40,811 nt of DNA from a virus (Duplodnaviria; Caudoviricetes), in IMG/VR virus record IMGVR_UViG_3300024518_004288, positions 1-40,811 of that record; one strand, written 5' to 3'. A program made the position numbers and the translations under genes. The notes beneath the pieces were generated by a model. The model searched no databases. It had not been told where the DNA came from and saw nothing but the letters and a program-made list of their open reading frames with translations. This document shows, one piece after another, positions 38,524 to 40,811 of the stretch. Numbering within the stretch: the first letter of the stretch is position 1; each line of letters begins with the position of its first letter.

Positions 38524-40811
38524 TTAATCCTCCGTATAGATTATGGTAACCGACATTTCACCGACGGTCCCAGTTTGTGCTGTTGTTTCCAGCCACACGA
38601 ATGAATCAGCTACTATGGTCGCATCATTGAATGACGTTACATCTGATCCTGTGGTTTGACTGGTAGTTGTTGTCCCACCGGTAACGGCTTCAGCACCAGC
38701 AGCTGATCTGTCGGTGCCGTGGCGAATAGTCCAGGATACACTTGGTGTTGAGCCCCTAACTACCGCTCTTATTTCTGTAATAGTAATCGCCGCGTTGGTA
38801 AAGAACATAGATAAATCTTCTGTTGACGTAGGCGACTCTATGGTTATTGACTTGCTTAGGATGGAGCCATAACCATCCAAATCTTTAATTACAGATTGCA
38901 ACGCAGTAGAGTGCTGAGAGTTGTGCTCAGACACCGTTACGTCGCTAGCATATCCATCCAATGCTACTCTAACTGACTGTATGGCTACGCTAATTTGATT
39001 ATGATGCTCGGCTTCTGTTTGATCTAGCCCGGTTATAGCAGTATCATATCCATCCAACTCTTTTATGATAGTTTGTATAGCATCAGCTGTTGAATTCTTA
39101 TTTTGTAAGAAGGTCCCCTCGCTTACACCACTTGATACAGCAGTAGTGTATCCATCCAAGTCCTTACGAATAGTCTGTATAGCTGCAGATAGCTGCGAAT
39201 GATGCTCTGATTCTGTTTGATTGAAACCAGTTATCTGTGTCTGATAACCATCCAGGTCCTTAAGAACAGTCTGTATAGCCGCAGACACCTGTGAATGATG
39301 TTCTGCCTCAGTAACGACTGATGCGAAGTTAGAACCCGAATATCCATCAAGATCCTTTATGATAGTTTGTAAGGCAGTATTAGTTTGGGCGTTATGCTCA
39401 GATACAGTTTGGTCTAAACCAGTAAGGTCAGTTGCCAAAGCATAACCATCCAAATCCTTAACTATGGATTGTATAGCCCCTTCGATACCCGACAAGTCTC
39501 TTTGATCATTATAACCGTCTAACTCTTTTATAATAGCTTGTAGGGCTACATTGGTTTGCGAATTGTGTTCTGATACAGTTTGACCCAGACCGTCTAGTTG
39601 AGACTGATAACCATCCAGGTCTTTAAGAACAGTTTGTATAGCTTGTGAAACCTGAGAGTGGTGCTCTGCCTCTGTGACAACTGAAGCAAAGTTACTACCA
39701 TCGTAACCATCCAAATCCTTCAATATGGATTGGATAGCCGTAGATAACTGGGAATGATGCTCACTTACGGTTTGGTCACTGGCATACCCGTCCAGGTCTT
39801 TTACTATGGACTGTATAGCACCTTCAATACCAGATAGATCCCTTTGATCATTATATCCGTCTAACTCTTTTATGATAGTTTGTATGGCACCTTCAATTCC
39901 CGAAAGGTCACGTTGATCGTTGTAGCCGTCCAAATCTTTAAGAATGGTTTGTATAGCTGTGGATACTTGTGAATGATGTTCAGCCTCAGTTTGAGCGGAA
40001 GCAAAGTTAGCTCCCGAGTAGCCGTCCAAGTCTTTCAGTATAGTTTGTATAGCCGCAGAAATCTGAGAGTGATGCTCAGCTTCAGTTTGTATAGCACCAC
40101 TGAGATCAGTTGTTAAGGCATACCCATCCAAATCTTTCAGAACAGTTTGTATGGCTGATTCAATGCCACTTAAATCGCGTTGGTCATTATAGCCGTCCAG
40201 CTCTTTAATGATAGTTTGAATAGCATCTGCTGTGGAGTTTTTATTCTCTAAGAATGTGGTCTCACTTACACCCGCTTCCGCTGAAGTAATATAGCCATCC
40301 AAATCTTTAAGTATGGTCTGAACAGCGCTGGATATTTGTGAATGATGCTCTGCTTCTGTTTGAGCACTGGCGAAGTTACTGCCACTATATCCATCCAAAT
40401 CTTTTAATATGGTTTGAATAGCCCCGGTGACCTGAGCATTGTGTTCTGCTTCTGTTTGTATAGCTCCGGACACTACGCTGGATAAAGCGTAGCCATCCAA
40501 ATCCTTAACTATGGACTGTATAGCCGTATTAGTCTGAGCGTTATGCTCACTTACAGTTTGATCTAAACCAGTAAGGTCAGTAACCAGCGCGTAGCCATCC
40601 AAGTCCTTAAGGACAGTTTGTATGGCGTCAGCAATCCCGCTTAGATCTTGTTGGTCATTATACCCATCTAGCTCTTTAATGATGGTTTGTATAGCACCTT
40701 CTAATCCAGAAAGGTCACGTTGATCATTATAACCGTCTAACTCTTTTATGATGGCCTGAAGGGCTACGTTAGTTTGCGAGTTATGTTCGCTTACAGTTTG
40801 GTCTAAGCCAG
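38524..40811 (-). CDS. Segmented coiled-coil fibre protein with LDGY-terminated repeats and C-terminal globular head; 5'-truncated (at least 761 aa)
   Basis: The frame stays open to the window end (GLDQTVSEHNSQTNVALQAIIKELDGYNDQRDLSGLEG...), so the ORF-track start at 40602 is an internal TTG. The last ~110 aa are non-repetitive beta (KSITIESPTSTEDLSMFFT...VTIIYTED). Confidence 0.75.
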   Translation of the reverse strand, partial: GLDQTVSEHNSQTNVALQAIIKELDGYNDQRDLSGLEGAIQTIIKELDGYNDQQDLSGIADAIQTVLKDLDGYALVTDLTGLDQTVSEHNAQTNTAIQSIVKDLDGYALSSVVSGAIQTEAEHNAQVTGAIQTILKDLDGYSGSNFASAQTEAEHHSQISSAVQTILKDLDGYITSAEAGVSETTFLENKNSTADAIQTIIKELDGYNDQRDLSGIESAIQTVLKDLDGYALTTDLSGAIQTEAEHHSQISAAIQTILKDLDGYSGANFASAQTEAEHHSQVSTAIQTILKDLDGYNDQRDLSGIEGAIQTIIKELDGYNDQRDLSGIEGAIQSIVKDLDGYASDQTVSEHHSQLSTAIQSILKDLDGYDGSNFASVVTEAEHHSQVSQAIQTVLKDLDGYQSQLDGLGQTVSEHNSQTNVALQAIIKELDGYNDQRDLSGIEGAIQSIVKDLDGYALATDLTGLDQTVSEHNAQTNTALQTIIKDLDGYSGSNFASVVTEAEHHSQVSAAIQTVLKDLDGYQTQITGFNQTESEHHSQLSAAIQTIRKDLDGYTTAVSSGVSEGTFLQNKNSTADAIQTIIKELDGYDTAITGLDQTEAEHHNQISVAIQSVRVALDGYASDVTVSEHNSQHSTALQSVIKDLDGYGSILSKSITIESPTSTEDLSMFFTNAAITITEIRAVVRGSTPSVSWTIRHGTDRSAAGAEAVTGGTTTTSQTTGSDVTSFNDATIVADSFVWLETTAQTGTVGEMSVTIIYTED
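38870..40811 (-). repeat. Coding tandem repeat: 22 units of 23-34 aa ending A(I/L/V)Q(T/S/A)xx(K)(D/E)LDGY
   Basis: Units counted from the translation; DNA copies differ mainly at synonymous positions. Confidence 0.9.

Noticed and set aside
38870-40811. Periodic DNA repeats suggesting a CRISPR array or DGR template/variable repeats
   Set aside because: In-frame, protein-coding and synonymously diverged; no unique spacers, no adenine-specific variation, and no cas or reverse transcriptase gene in the window.
7049-40811. DGY as the tail of Dx[DN]xDG calcium-binding loops, or xYG as a GFP-like chromophore
   Set aside because: Most sites lack the upstream Asp pattern (HDGY, VDGY, PDGY, KDLDGY), and no GFP-like barrel context is present. 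Some metal binding cannot be fully excluded.
1-40811. Stop-codon reassignment as seen in some large phages; tRNA or other RNA genes
   Set aside because: Genes tile densely under the standard code, with TAA, TAG and TGA all used as stops; no tRNA-like sequence is visible in the few short intergenic gaps.

Overview
A 40.8 kb stretch of the virion-morphogenesis region of a large contractile-tailed (myovirus-like) phage. All credible genes are on the minus strand, densely packed, with GGAG/AGGA ribosome-binding sites and no sign of stop-codon recoding. In transcription order (right to left): a 5'-truncated repeat fibre protein, small virion and glycine-rich proteins, a metallophosphoesterase, an HNH endonuclease, a cold-shock protein, a probable neck/adaptor, small ORFs, an HEXXH metalloprotease, a probable head-closure protein, four giant appendage proteins (two with beta-helices, three sharing an N-terminal domain), a spanin-like membrane protein, a probable tail terminator, tail sheath, tail tube, a tail assembly chaperone with a clear -1 frameshift signal, tape measure, a tube-initiator-like protein and a 3'-truncated baseplate-hub-like gene. 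The most unusual signal is the tripeptide D-G-Y (with DAY/DSY variants). It is strongly over-represented, with varied codons, across many otherwise unrelated outer-virion proteins, ends every repeat unit of one fibre, and is absent from the tube, tape measure, chaperone and enzymes. This suggests an undescribed virion-wide modification or docking sequon. Product calls rest on motifs and gene order only; no database searches were run.
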